DNA from: Aromatoleum sp.
GTDB taxonomy: Bacteria; Pseudomonadota; Gammaproteobacteria; Burkholderiales; Rhodocyclaceae
Assembly (NCBI RefSeq): GCF_032027225.1
Contig: NZ_JAVSMM010000015.1
Span: 20,093 to 84,092 of the forward strand
Direction: 5' to 3'
Length of the DNA: 64,000 nt
Shown here: one piece after another, positions 30,445-39,810 of the stretch
Position numbering within the stretch: position 1 is the stretch's first letter
How the letters are laid out: each line of letters starts with the position of its first letter
Notes under the pieces: generated by a model
The model's input: the letters and a program-made list of their open reading frames with translations, nothing else
Databases searched by the model: none
Told to the model about the DNA's origin: nothing
Position numbers and translations under genes: made by a program

Positions 30445-31062
30445 CACAAAAACACCTCCGGAAAGGTGCGAGTTGTTCTTCTTCACGTCGTGGCCGGCGC
30501 CTTAAACGGCCGCCCGGCCGCGCATGGCCACCATTACTTTCGGCATAGGACAGAGGACTTGGTGAGGACTCGATGGCACCCACGATTGCCGCATCGCGAC
30601 GAGAGCGTGCCGCATTTCGCCCTTTACGTCCGCCCCAAAATCGCGCCAGGTTTTTCGACTTTCCGCTTGACATGCCGCAGCGGTTACGCCGGCCCTTTTG
30701 CGCATTTGCCGACAGGTCGCTCCAGGCGGCCTGGAGGCCCCGTCCCCCGTCGGCCTTTGCCGCAAGGCGCCCCGTACCAGTAAATCCTTCGCCCAGCGGA
30801 ATTTGAGCTGGGCGCCCTTTCGGGTTGGGCCCGTAGCCCGCTAGAAGGCGGACCGCCGCGGGCCGCCCGCCCTTTAATCCTTTCGCCCGGCATTTTCTTC
30901 ATCTCGATGCAAGGCGAAACTCAAAAAATCTTTTTCGAATTTCGGGCTGCAAGGCGGCGACGCGCTCGCCACACTGCGCCCCGTGACTGGCCGCTGACCC
31001 CAGCAGCCCGGCGTCCTCACCGGCTCCCGATGGGGACGCCTTCCATCACGGAGCAGACCGCC

Positions 31063-31548
31063 ATGCCTCGCCTTCTTGCGCTTGCGCTACTGCTGGTTGT
31101 CACCGGTGCGTCGGCGACCCCGCCCGACCACGTCCGCCTTGCCCGTTACACGGACGCCGAGCCAGTCCCCGCTGCAGCCGTCGTCGATCCGCTCACCGTC
31201 TTCGCGACCGTCCACTTCCCGCGTGAGCAGGTGCGAACCGTAGGCGATGCGGTCAACTATCTCCTCCTGCGGACCGGCTACCGCGTGGCGTCCTCCGACC
31301 CCGCTGCCGCAACGCTCCTGGCCTTGCCCTTGCCCGAATCGCATCGCGTCCTGGGGCCCTACCCGGCGCGCGCCATTCTTCAGGTTCTCCTCGGAGACGC
31401 CTACGACGTGAAGGCGTCGCTCGTCGATCGCACTCTGGCGATCGCCTTGCGGGATCCCGGCTCCGCGCGCCCCGGCACGCTGGCGATGGTTGAAGAGGCC
31501 GTCATCCGTCCCGTCACCCCCGCCACGCAGCTGGAGGCGATCCAATGA
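31063..31548 (+). CDS. PilL-like conjugative transfer region lipoprotein/secreted protein (TIGR03748-type)
   Basis: Signal peptide MPRLLALALLLVVTGASA, then RLARYTDAEPVP...VGDAVNYLLLRTGYRV...LPLPESHRVLGP. First gene of the T4SS operon, as in related ICEs. Confidence 0.6.
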   Translation: MPRLLALALLLVVTGASATPPDHVRLARYTDAEPVPAAAVVDPLTVFATVHFPREQVRTVGDAVNYLLLRTGYRVASSDPAAATLLALPLPESHRVLGPYPARAILQVLLGDAYDVKASLVDRTLAIALRDPGSARPGTLAMVEEAVIRPVTPATQLEAIQ

Positions 31549-32204
31549 ACGCGCCGCAAACCCCGCCCGTCGGCGCATCCTCCCGCCCCGCTCCAAGATT
31601 TTCGCTGCGCTCGCCGGGTTACCGCACGCTCGTGCTGTACCTGATCACTGCCCTGCTCGTCACCGGCACGGTCTTGTTTCTCCTCGGCTCACGATCGTCG
31701 GAACCGGTTCCGGAACCGGAGCGTACCGAGCCGGTGCGGCAGCCGCTCCCGCCGATAGCGGCGCCCGAGCCCCCGCCGGCACCTCCTGAGTCGCCGCATA
31801 TTGACCGGCTTGACGAGCGCATCATCGAACTCTCCCGGTCCTTCGAGGCTCTCGAAGCCCGGTACTCAGCCATCGAGGCCCACCTTGTCGCGTCGGACGA
31901 GCACAACAACGACCTCCGTGCGCAACTGGAAGGGCTCGCCAATCCGCCCCGGCCCGCGCCGGCACCAGCACGCCGGCCCGTAGCCACCAAACCGGCCAAA
32001 CCGCGAATGCCCACGGTCCTGTCGATCGACACCTGGGGCAGTGAGCCCTCGGTCGCGATTCGCGGCCTGCAAGGCGGGATGGCGTTCTATCGCGAGGGCG
32101 ATGTCGTAGGTGTTGCACGCATCGAGCGCATCGACCCGCAGGCCCGTCGAGTCCACCTCCGGTCGCCCGATGGCACCCTGACTGCCATCGGCGTGCAGCA
32201 CTAA
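31545..32204 (+). CDS. membrane-anchored Pro-rich/coiled-coil protein (hypothetical T4SS component)
   Basis: ATGA overlap with the previous gene. One TM (LVLYLITALLVTGTVLFLL), a Pro-rich spacer and a coiled-coil segment. Confidence 0.55.
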   Translation: MNAPQTPPVGASSRPAPRFSLRSPGYRTLVLYLITALLVTGTVLFLLGSRSSEPVPEPERTEPVRQPLPPIAAPEPPPAPPESPHIDRLDERIIELSRSFEALEARYSAIEAHLVASDEHNNDLRAQLEGLANPPRPAPAPARRPVATKPAKPRMPTVLSIDTWGSEPSVAIRGLQGGMAFYREGDVVGVARIERIDPQARRVHLRSPDGTLTAIGVQH

Positions 32205-32214
32205 GGGGCTGCGC

Positions 32215-32700
32215 ATGCGCAAGACTGTCCTCTTCCTCCTCGTCACCGCGCTGCACCCGGCCGCTGCAGTCGAAACCGGCCACACGCGGCTACGCGGCGT
32301 TCAACCGGGCACCACCGCCACGGCCCCCTCGGCGGCCGAGGCCACCGAAGTTGCCGCCGTCGATCGCGTCGAGGCTGGCTACTGGGCCATCACCGTCGAG
32401 GAGCTGCAACGCGCGCGACACCTGATGCGCGGCCCACGCGGCGCCTTCAGCGTCTCCAACATCAGCCCGGTCGAGGTGCTTGGCATCCACGCCCGCTCCG
32501 ACGCGGAGCGGGACCGCTATGCGGAGCTCTTCACCAAGCTGTTGCACGACGATGCTCAGCGTGTTCTCGCATGGCAGCGAGCCGGTGATGCCGCGATGCG
32601 GCGTCTCTTCCCGCAAGACAAGGCGATCGACTTTGGACGCGCCCCGAACACTCCCGCCCTCCCCAACTGGTATTTCGCGCCGGGAGGGGCGGCGCCATGA
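32215..32700 (+). CDS. ICE protein, PFL_4693 family-like (TIGR03759-type)
   Basis: Signal peptide, then ISPVEVLGIHARSDAERDRYAELF. Position is before the transglycosylase gene. Confidence 0.5.
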   Translation: MRKTVLFLLVTALHPAAAVETGHTRLRGVQPGTTATAPSAAEATEVAAVDRVEAGYWAITVEELQRARHLMRGPRGAFSVSNISPVEVLGIHARSDAERDRYAELFTKLLHDDAQRVLAWQRAGDAAMRRLFPQDKAIDFGRAPNTPALPNWYFAPGGAAP

Positions 32701-33272
32701 GCTTGTCCGGCGCACGTCGCGCCTTCCTCGCCCGCCTCTGCCAGGGCGGGGTGCTCGCGGCAGTGCCGGCGCTCGCCTTCGGCAGCGAGCGCAGCCGGTC
32801 GGTCTATCCGCCCGTCCCGCCCGCCTACCTCAGCGTGGCCCGGTCGCTCACGCTTCCACCCAAGCTCCTTTTTGCGATCGCGATCCAGGAATCCGTCATG
32901 CAGTGGGGTGCGCTGGCGCTGCCCTGGCCATGGACGCTCAACGTCCGCCGTAGCCCCCGTCGCTACCAACGTAATCCGGAAGCCGTCACCGAGCTCAAGC
33001 GCGTGCTCGCGCAGGGGGTACGCAATGTGGATTGCGGCCCTATGCAGGTGAACTGGCACTACCACGCCGACAAATTGCGTACCCCCGAGCTCGCGCTCGA
33101 CCCTTGGCACAACCTGCGGGTGGCCGGCGCGATCCTCCTCGACCGCCGCCGCTCCGCATCCAATTGGTTCGACGCCACCGGCGCCTATCACAACCCCGCC
33201 GACCTCGCGCGAGCCAACCGTTACGCGCATTCCGTCTTCGCCCGATTGGAGAGGATTCCCGATCATGCCTGA
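32697..33272 (+). CDS. lytic transglycosylase (SLT domain)
   Basis: LLFAIAIQESVMQWG (catalytic Glu-Ser), VDCGPMQVNWHYH, AGAILL...YH. ATGA overlap with the upstream gene. Confidence 0.75.
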   Translation: MSLSGARRAFLARLCQGGVLAAVPALAFGSERSRSVYPPVPPAYLSVARSLTLPPKLLFAIAIQESVMQWGALALPWPWTLNVRRSPRRYQRNPEAVTELKRVLAQGVRNVDCGPMQVNWHYHADKLRTPELALDPWHNLRVAGAILLDRRRSASNWFDATGAYHNPADLARANRYAHSVFARLERIPDHA

Positions 33273-33542
33273 GCTGCTGCATCGGACGCTTCTCGCTGCC
33301 TCCCCCGTCGGAGCCGACTGCGCGCGACCCGCCGCTGCGTTTTCCACTGCGCTTGCCGGAGGTGATCGCGTTGGGACGACTCGGGCGCCCTATCCCATTC
33401 GCTTCGCCCTGTCTCCCTCCCGCCGCAATTCTTGCGGCTCCTCCACCGCCGCAACGGCGGTTTCAGCACAGCCATGGTCCGCTTCAATGGCCTCCTCTCG
33501 GGCTATGGATCATGGTTGTGCGCTCTTCTTGCAGAATCGCAC

Positions 33543-35672
33543 ATGAGCCAGGGCACCATCGAGGCGTGGCTGCGTCCCACGATCGAGATCTGGAGCGCTC
33601 TGACCGCGGCGAGTTGCGGGCTCGTCGCACTCGTCGCCCCGTGGGCGCTGATGATGCCGCCTGACCTCGGCCGTGGCACCGCGGCCCTCGCCTTCGGCTT
33701 CGCCGGCCTGCGCGCCCGCCAGGCATGGCGCGTATGCCGTTATCAGTACGGGCTCACCCGCTACAAGGTGACGACCATCGCGCCGCACAAGCTGCCGCGC
33801 GTTCCGGGAAAGCTGTATCTGGGCGAAGGCTTCGCGTGGAGCCAACAACACACCCAGCGCCGCATCGACGCCACGCGGCCACAGGCCCACCCGTATCTGG
33901 TCGAGGGCGCAAGCCTTCGCGCAATGCGCGCGCTACTCCGCGCGATGGGCCCGACCCCGCTCAAGCCGCTTGCCGCAGCGCTCCTCCTCCCGCGTTGGTG
34001 GAACCCGCTCTCCGAACCTCCCGATCTCGGCGGGACGCCGGTCCTGCATGGCGTCGAGCCCGACGAGGTCCACGTCGCGCTCGGGCAGAAGCACCGTCCC
34101 GGTCACCTGGCCGTCCTCGGCACGACCCGCGTCGGCAAGACCCGTGCAATGGAGCTCTTCGTCACCCAAGACATCCGCGACGGGAAGATCGTCATCGTCA
34201 TCGACCCGAAGGGCGACGCGGACCTCATGCTGCGCGTCCATGCCGAGGCTGCGCGCACCGGGCGCCTAGACCAGCTCTACCTCTTCCACCTGGGCTACCC
34301 CGATATCTCCGCCCGTTACAACGGCATCGGCAACTTCGCCCGCATCACCGAGGTCGCGAACCGCACGACGAATCCGCTGCCTTCCAGCGGCAACTCCGCG
34401 GCGTTCAAGGAATTCGCGTGGCGCTTCACGAATCTCGTCGCCCAGGCCCAGGTCGCCCTCGGGCAGGTACCCACCTACGGCCTGCTGCTTCGCGACATCA
34501 CCGACATCGAGCCCCTCTTCCTCCGCTACGCGACCCACGTGTTGCGCACGGAGGGGCCCGAAAACTGGGAGACCCTGGTCGAGGAAGTGCAGACCCGCAT
34601 CGAGAAGCGCCAGATCACCGTCCCGCGCGCCCTGCAGGATCGCAGCGACCGCCTGATCGCCCTCGTGCACGTGCTGAAAGATCTGCAGCTGCCCGATGCG
34701 GTGCTGCAGGGGCTCGCCACCGCAGTGCGCTACGAACGGAGTTTCTTCGAGAAGATCGTGGCCTCGCTCGGTCCCTTCCTGGAAAAGCTCACTACCGGCC
34801 CCGTCGGCAAGCTCATCTCGCCCGACTACTTCGATCCGGTCGATACGCGGCCGATCTTTGACTGGATGCAGGTCATCCGCCAGGACGGCATCGTCTATGT
34901 GGGCCTCGACGCGCTCTCCGATGCCACAGTCGCGGCGGCCGTCGGCAACTCGATGCTCGCCGATCTCGTGAGCGTCGGCGGCAAGCTCTACAAGACCGGC
35001 CTCGATCCTCACCACCCCGAGGGCAAGATCATCCTGCCCGACGTGGCCTGCCACTTCGACGAGGTCAACGAGATTGCGGGCCCCGAGTTCGTGCCGATGG
35101 TGAATAAGCTCGGCGGCTCGGGTTTCAGCATCACCGCGTACACCCAGACCATTCCCGACATCGAGGCGAAGCTTGGCGATGCCGCCAAGGCCCGCCAAGT
35201 GCTGGGCAACTTCAACAACCTCATCATGCTGCGGGTGAAGGACCCGGGCACCGCGGAGTTCTTCTGCAACCAGTTGCCCGAGGTCGACGTCCAGCACCTG
35301 ATGGTGGTGACCGGCGTGAGCGACACGGACGGGGCGACCGAGACGGACTTTACCTCGCGCAACGAGGACCGCCTCACCACCCAACGGATGCCGATGATCT
35401 CCCCCGCCGACATCATGGCCCTGCCGCAAGGCCAGGCCTTCGCGCTGCTGGAGGGCAACCGCCTCTTCAAACTGCGCTTTCCGTTGCCCGATGCCACGAA
35501 CGATCGCTTCCTTCCCGCGTCGCTCCGCGACGTGGCGATCCGGATGCGGGCCAAGTATCGAACGGCCGAGGACTGGGCCGCGCAGACCGATTGGCTGAAG
35601 AACATGCCGGTCGGGCTCGTCGCACCACTGAGTTTCGATACGTCGGGCGATGACACCGCGGAGGCATCATGA
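33543..35672 (+). CDS. traD: type IV coupling protein TraD (SXT/TOL-ICE subfamily)
   Basis: Two N-terminal TM segments, Walker A LGTTRVGKT, IVIVIDPKGD, and HLGYPDISARYNGIG. The family-typical start is MSQGTIEAWLRP at 33543. Confidence 0.9.
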   Translation: MSQGTIEAWLRPTIEIWSALTAASCGLVALVAPWALMMPPDLGRGTAALAFGFAGLRARQAWRVCRYQYGLTRYKVTTIAPHKLPRVPGKLYLGEGFAWSQQHTQRRIDATRPQAHPYLVEGASLRAMRALLRAMGPTPLKPLAAALLLPRWWNPLSEPPDLGGTPVLHGVEPDEVHVALGQKHRPGHLAVLGTTRVGKTRAMELFVTQDIRDGKIVIVIDPKGDADLMLRVHAEAARTGRLDQLYLFHLGYPDISARYNGIGNFARITEVANRTTNPLPSSGNSAAFKEFAWRFTNLVAQAQVALGQVPTYGLLLRDITDIEPLFLRYATHVLRTEGPENWETLVEEVQTRIEKRQITVPRALQDRSDRLIALVHVLKDLQLPDAVLQGLATAVRYERSFFEKIVASLGPFLEKLTTGPVGKLISPDYFDPVDTRPIFDWMQVIRQDGIVYVGLDALSDATVAAAVGNSMLADLVSVGGKLYKTGLDPHHPEGKIILPDVACHFDEVNEIAGPEFVPMVNKLGGSGFSITAYTQTIPDIEAKLGDAAKARQVLGNFNNLIMLRVKDPGTAEFFCNQLPEVDVQHLMVVTGVSDTDGATETDFTSRNEDRLTTQRMPMISPADIMALPQGQAFALLEGNRLFKLRFPLPDATNDRFLPASLRDVAIRMRAKYRTAEDWAAQTDWLKNMPVGLVAPLSFDTSGDDTAEAS

Positions 35673-36439
35673 GTACGACCGCTTCGACCTCGCCCCCCGC
35701 CCACCACCCGGCACCCCACGCATCGACCGCAGCGGCGGGCCGGTCCCGCGGGCCCATTGCCGCCCTGGTGAGCGTTGTAGTCGGCCTCGCCTTCTCCACC
35801 CTCAGCTCATGGATCTTCGGGACGGCGCTCACCGTCCTTGGGGATCACACGTTCTGGAAGGGCCGCGGCGTCGAGCGCGCCCTGGCCGCCGTGGAGGAGG
35901 ACTTCGGTTACCTCCAAGGCTATCCCCGATCGCTGATGGTCGACGACACGGTCGCCCTTGCGCGCGACTTCGCCGATCTCGTCGCCCGTACATTCCATTG
36001 GGTGGGCGCCCCCGCCTTCATCGCCCGTACGGCAGGCATCGAGCCCGACGTGGTGGCGAATCCCCATGCGCGCGCCGTTCGCCGCATCGTCAAGGAAGCC
36101 GGGCGCGTCGTCGAGACCGCCATCTACGTCGCCCAGGACACCGCCATTCGCCTAGCGATCGCCTTCTTTGCGCTGCCAGCTTTCGCGATGGCCATCCTCA
36201 TCGGCCTGATCGATGGCCTGGTCCGCCGCGACCTGCGCAAGTGGACCGGTGGTCGGGAGTCCTCCTACGTCTACCACCACTCGAAGCGCTTCGCCTGGTG
36301 GTTCCTCACTTCCGGCTTCACCGCCTATCTCGCGTGGCCTTTTGACGGATTCAATCCGGCATATCTCGTCCTGATCTTCGCAACCCTGGTGGCCGCCGCC
36401 GTCTCGACCACCGCCAGCACGTTCAAGAAGTACCTGTAG
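35669..36439 (+). CDS. ICE membrane protein, PFL_4697 family-like (TIGR03747-type)
   Basis: ATGA overlap with traD. A multi-TM protein in the canonical position after TraD. Confidence 0.6.
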   Translation: MSTTASTSPPAHHPAPHASTAAAGRSRGPIAALVSVVVGLAFSTLSSWIFGTALTVLGDHTFWKGRGVERALAAVEEDFGYLQGYPRSLMVDDTVALARDFADLVARTFHWVGAPAFIARTAGIEPDVVANPHARAVRRIVKEAGRVVETAIYVAQDTAIRLAIAFFALPAFAMAILIGLIDGLVRRDLRKWTGGRESSYVYHHSKRFAWWFLTSGFTAYLAWPFDGFNPAYLVLIFATLVAAAVSTTASTFKKYL

Positions 36440-36456
36440 CAACCGAGGAGTCCGTC

Positions 36457-36753
36457 ATGTCATTGCCGCTCCGCTCCACCATCGCCGCCCTTGTCGCCGC
36501 TGCCGCCTTGCCGGTGGCGGCCGACGCCGACCGCGAGCGCGAAAACCTCGCGCGCCTCGAGCACGAGCTCGCGCTGCTCGCCTCCGAGGTTCGCGCAGCA
36601 AAGGCGGACGCGCCCTCCATCGCCCGCATCCGTTTTCAGTACGACAACCTCGCCCGCGACCTCGATCTCATCCGCGCCGGTATTGCGGATCACCTCGACG
36701 CGCCGCGTCATCCCCGTCCGATCGAACCGCTGAAGGGCGATTACCGGCGTTGA
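36457..36753 (+). CDS. RAQPRD-family ICE protein (TIGR01690-type)
   Basis: Signal peptide, ERENLARLEHELALL, and a C-terminal DAPRHPRPIEPLKGDY variant of the RAQPRD signature. Confidence 0.6.
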   Translation: MSLPLRSTIAALVAAAALPVAADADRERENLARLEHELALLASEVRAAKADAPSIARIRFQYDNLARDLDLIRAGIADHLDAPRHPRPIEPLKGDYRR

Positions 36754-36768
36754 GTACGAGGCACTGAC

Positions 36769-36999
36769 ATGTCGCCCCAACAGTCCGCCGCCTTCGCTGC
36801 CGCCGCCGGCTACCAGCCCGGCTACATCGCGCTGTTTTTCGCCCTGCTCGTCGGCGCTCTGGTCGTCCTCTGGGCCGCCGACATGGTGCGCAGACTCGGG
36901 ATCGAAGGCCTCGACGACCCGCGCCGCCTACCGATGCTCCTGTTCTACAAGCTGCGCGTGCTGATCATCGTCCTGCTGCTTATCTATGTGCTCACCTAG
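36769..36999 (+). CDS. small ICE membrane protein, PFL_4701 family-like (TIGR03758-type)
   Basis: 76 aa with two TM segments, in the canonical order. Confidence 0.5.
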   Translation: MSPQQSAAFAAAAGYQPGYIALFFALLVGALVVLWAADMVRRLGIEGLDDPRRLPMLLFYKLRVLIIVLLLIYVLT

Positions 37000-37080
37000 C
37001 TCGCGGCCACCCTGGCAGGCCGGGCCGCACGCCTGTCGGCGTTCCACGAAACGGCGCCTTACCACCACACGGAGGAAACC

Positions 37081-37518
37081 ATGAAGCTCCTCATCCAACC
37101 TTCGAGCGCAGCAAACGCCGCGGATGGTCACATGATACAAGCACCGGCGCCTTGTCTGGAGCACCGGCCCAATCATGCCGCCCGCACTATCTTGCTGGGC
37201 TTCGCCGTCCTCGCCTCGGCCTTCATCGTCGAGCCAGCCCTGGCCGAGCTACCGACGGCCGTCGCCGCAGAAGGTGCCGCTTCCGGGGACTACATCGCGA
37301 TCGGCAAGGAGTACTTCAAGAACGGCCTGATCGTCCTCGGGCTCATCATCGCCACGCTCGGCTTCATCGCGGTCGCCGCGGGCGGCATCGCGAAGTTCAA
37401 TGAATACCGCATCGGTCGCGCGGAGCTCGGCGACTTGGGCGTGCTGGCCGTCGTCGGTGCCGTCGTGTTGGTGCTCATGGTCTACCTCCTCAACGAGGCG
37501 GCCGTCATCATCACCTAG
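37081..37518 (+). CDS. ICE membrane protein, PFL_4702 family-like (TIGR03745-type; pilin-like candidate)
   Basis: Hydrophobic segments GLIVLGLIIATLGFIAVAAGGIAKF and VLAVVGAVVLVLMVYLL. The start may be an internal Met. Confidence 0.55.
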   Translation: MKLLIQPSSAANAADGHMIQAPAPCLEHRPNHAARTILLGFAVLASAFIVEPALAELPTAVAAEGAASGDYIAIGKEYFKNGLIVLGLIIATLGFIAVAAGGIAKFNEYRIGRAELGDLGVLAVVGAVVLVLMVYLLNEAAVIIT

Positions 37519-37520
37519 GG

Positions 37521-37961
37521 ATGGTCATGGACTCCTCCAACGTCCCGGCGCCGCAGCCGGAGATCTCCGTCGGATCAGGCCAAACGCCGCTGCCGAATCG
37601 TGTGAACGCTGAGCCCGCGATCATCAAAGGGCTCTCGTACACCGAATCGAAGTGGACCATCGGACTGGCCTTCCTGCTGTGGCTCCCGGTGGGCAGTGTA
37701 GTAGGCCTCGCCCTGCAGCACTTCCCGGTGGCTGTCCTCATCATCGCCACCGGTCCCATCGCCACGGTCTGGCTGGCAGCCGGGTACCTGGCCACGATGA
37801 AGCGCAATCGCCCCGATCACTATTACGTGCAGTTGTTCATGCGTCGCGGGGCGCGCCTCCATCTCATCCGCTCCCATTTCGTCACGCATGAGGGCGCTTG
37901 GGAGCTCGGCCGCACACTCGAGCGCTCTCGGGTGGCGAAACGCCGGAAGCCGTTGTGCTGA
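37521..37961 (+). CDS. conjugative transfer region membrane protein (TIGR03750-type)
   Basis: 146 aa with two TM segments, in the canonical position between the PFL_4702- and PFL_4703-like genes. Confidence 0.5.
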   Translation: MVMDSSNVPAPQPEISVGSGQTPLPNRVNAEPAIIKGLSYTESKWTIGLAFLLWLPVGSVVGLALQHFPVAVLIIATGPIATVWLAAGYLATMKRNRPDHYYVQLFMRRGARLHLIRSHFVTHEGAWELGRTLERSRVAKRRKPLC

Positions 37962-37976
37962 CTCCGGAGCATTGCC

Positions 37977-38750
37977 ATGCCCGCCTACACCGACAATCTT
38001 GCAAACGCCCGCGCAACGATTCGCCTCCAATCTTGGGCCATCCTCGTTGCGCTCGTCATCGTGCTGATCGCGGTGGCCGACCGGTTTGTGAGGCAGACGA
38101 CCTTCACCGTGCATGTTCCGCCGGACCTCTCGCACGGAGCCACCATTCAGACGGGTCGAACGCCGGCGGTTCCGCCTCCGAACGTCTATGCCTTCGGGTA
38201 TCTCATCTGGCAGCAGGTCAACCGCTGGGCCAAGGATGGCTCCAAGGACTACGTCGCGCAGATCTACGCGCTACAGAACTACCTGACGCCCTCCTGCCGG
38301 GAGCAGCTCCTCAAGGACGTCAGCACCAAGGCCGGCGATGCCGAGCTGATCCAGCGCACTCGCGCCCTCCTGGAGATTCCCGGCTACGGCTATACCGCGA
38401 ACCGGGTGACGGCGCACGGCAACGGGGGATGGACCGTGCTCCTCGATGCCCAGATTCTCGAGACCTCCAGAGGAATGCCCGTGAAGGACACCTTCATCCG
38501 CTATCCCCTGCACGTCGTGCGCTACGACGTGGACCGTGAGCGCAACCCCTGGGGTCTCGCCCTCAATTGCTTTGCCGGCCGTTATCCCGAACGGATCGAC
38601 CCGCAGGCGCTAGAGGCGCCAATCGCCCCCCAGCCGGCGCCGACCACGCCGCTACCCCCGTCCGCCGCGCGGTCCGCCGTCGATCCAGGTTCGGATCTGC
38701 CGCGAGCCGTGCCGCTGCCGGTCCCGGACACCAAGGAGGAGTCGCCATGA
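37977..38750 (+). CDS. ICE protein, PFL_4703 family-like (TIGR03746-type)
   Basis: N-terminal TM (WAILVALVIVLIAV), then VYAFGYLIWQQVNRW...YPLHVVRYDVDRERNPWGLAL. Confidence 0.6.
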   Translation: MPAYTDNLANARATIRLQSWAILVALVIVLIAVADRFVRQTTFTVHVPPDLSHGATIQTGRTPAVPPPNVYAFGYLIWQQVNRWAKDGSKDYVAQIYALQNYLTPSCREQLLKDVSTKAGDAELIQRTRALLEIPGYGYTANRVTAHGNGGWTVLLDAQILETSRGMPVKDTFIRYPLHVVRYDVDRERNPWGLALNCFAGRYPERIDPQALEAPIAPQPAPTTPLPPSAARSAVDPGSDLPRAVPLPVPDTKEESP

Positions 38751-39802
38751 TCGCCACTCGCATCGCCGCCGCGCTCATGTGCCTCGGCGTTCTTGCCTCC
38801 GCCTCAGCGCAGCAGCCCGAATCCAAGGCACCATCACCGGCCAGTCTTTCGCCGGATGCTGCGGGACCGACGGCGGCACCAAGCTGGCATCCCGCTGCCA
38901 CGACGACCATGGATCTCGGCGCTCTCCCCCCGCAACCGGTCCCCTCGCCCGCTCCGGTCTTCTCGCCCCCGTCCAGCGGCCCAGCCGCCGGGAAGTCCGC
39001 TCATCCTCCATCGCCCCCCAACACGCAGGCGGCATCCCCCCCCCCCGCCCGCCCCGACGATCGCCAGGCCGATGGCGGCCGTACGCAACATGTGCTCTTC
39101 GAGCGCCTCCCCGTCCACTTGCTCCTGAGCCCGGGGCGGGAGCGCCTGGTGCAGTTCCCGTTCGTCGCCTTGATGGATGTGCCAGCCGCCCTGCAGGGCT
39201 TGCTCGAGGTCCAGATCATCGAGGACACGACGTATCTGACGGCGAACGCACCCTTCCCACGCACCCGCCTGTATGCCCAGGCAGTCGACGGCAGCACGAC
39301 GGTTCCGCTCGATATCGAGTCGCACGAAGCTGTCCGGGTGCCGCCGATGCTGCGCGTCCATCTGCCGGGCGATGCTGCCGCAGAAGACGACGAGCGCGCC
39401 GAAAATCGGCGGAACGACGAGCCGGCGGTCGACATGATCCAGCTCACGCGCTATGCCGCCCAGATGCTGTATGCGCCGGCCCGCTTGCTCCCCACCCTGC
39501 CGGGCGTGCACCAGGACCCGGTCGATCAGTCGCCCGTGGTCGGCCTCTACCGGGGTGGAGAGATCGAGACTGCGCCTCTGGGGGCCTGGTCGAGCGGCTC
39601 TCTGCACGTGACGGCGGTACGCCTCACGAACCGGACCGCGCGCGCCGTTGACCTCAAGCTGGACATGCGGTGGCTACGCGGGCAGTGGATCGCGGCGACG
39701 GCCCAGCATTGGCGTCTCTCGCCCCATGGCTCCGAGGCCGACACGACCGCCGTGTACCTCGTCTCCGATCGGCCCTTCGCGGCCGTGCCGCTGTGGCGCT
39801 AG
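38747..39802 (+). CDS. ICE protein, PFL_4704 family-like (TIGR03749-type)
   Basis: ATGA overlap. Signal peptide MIATRIAAALMCLGVLASASA, a Pro-rich linker and a conserved C-terminal half. Contains an 11-nt poly-C tract (39036-39046). Confidence 0.6.
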   Translation: MIATRIAAALMCLGVLASASAQQPESKAPSPASLSPDAAGPTAAPSWHPAATTTMDLGALPPQPVPSPAPVFSPPSSGPAAGKSAHPPSPPNTQAASPPPARPDDRQADGGRTQHVLFERLPVHLLLSPGRERLVQFPFVALMDVPAALQGLLEVQIIEDTTYLTANAPFPRTRLYAQAVDGSTTVPLDIESHEAVRVPPMLRVHLPGDAAAEDDERAENRRNDEPAVDMIQLTRYAAQMLYAPARLLPTLPGVHQDPVDQSPVVGLYRGGEIETAPLGAWSSGSLHVTAVRLTNRTARAVDLKLDMRWLRGQWIAATAQHWRLSPHGSEADTTAVYLVSDRPFAAVPLWR

Positions 39803-39810
39803 GAGGCCCC

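Noticed and set aside
33265-33546. 93-aa ORF in the gap between the transglycosylase gene and traD
   Set aside because: It has an ATG overlap with the upstream stop, but the sequence is Ala/Ser/Arg-rich without TM or signal features, and there is no RBS. The gap may instead be the scar of a lost PFL_4695-type gene. I cannot decide without a homology search.
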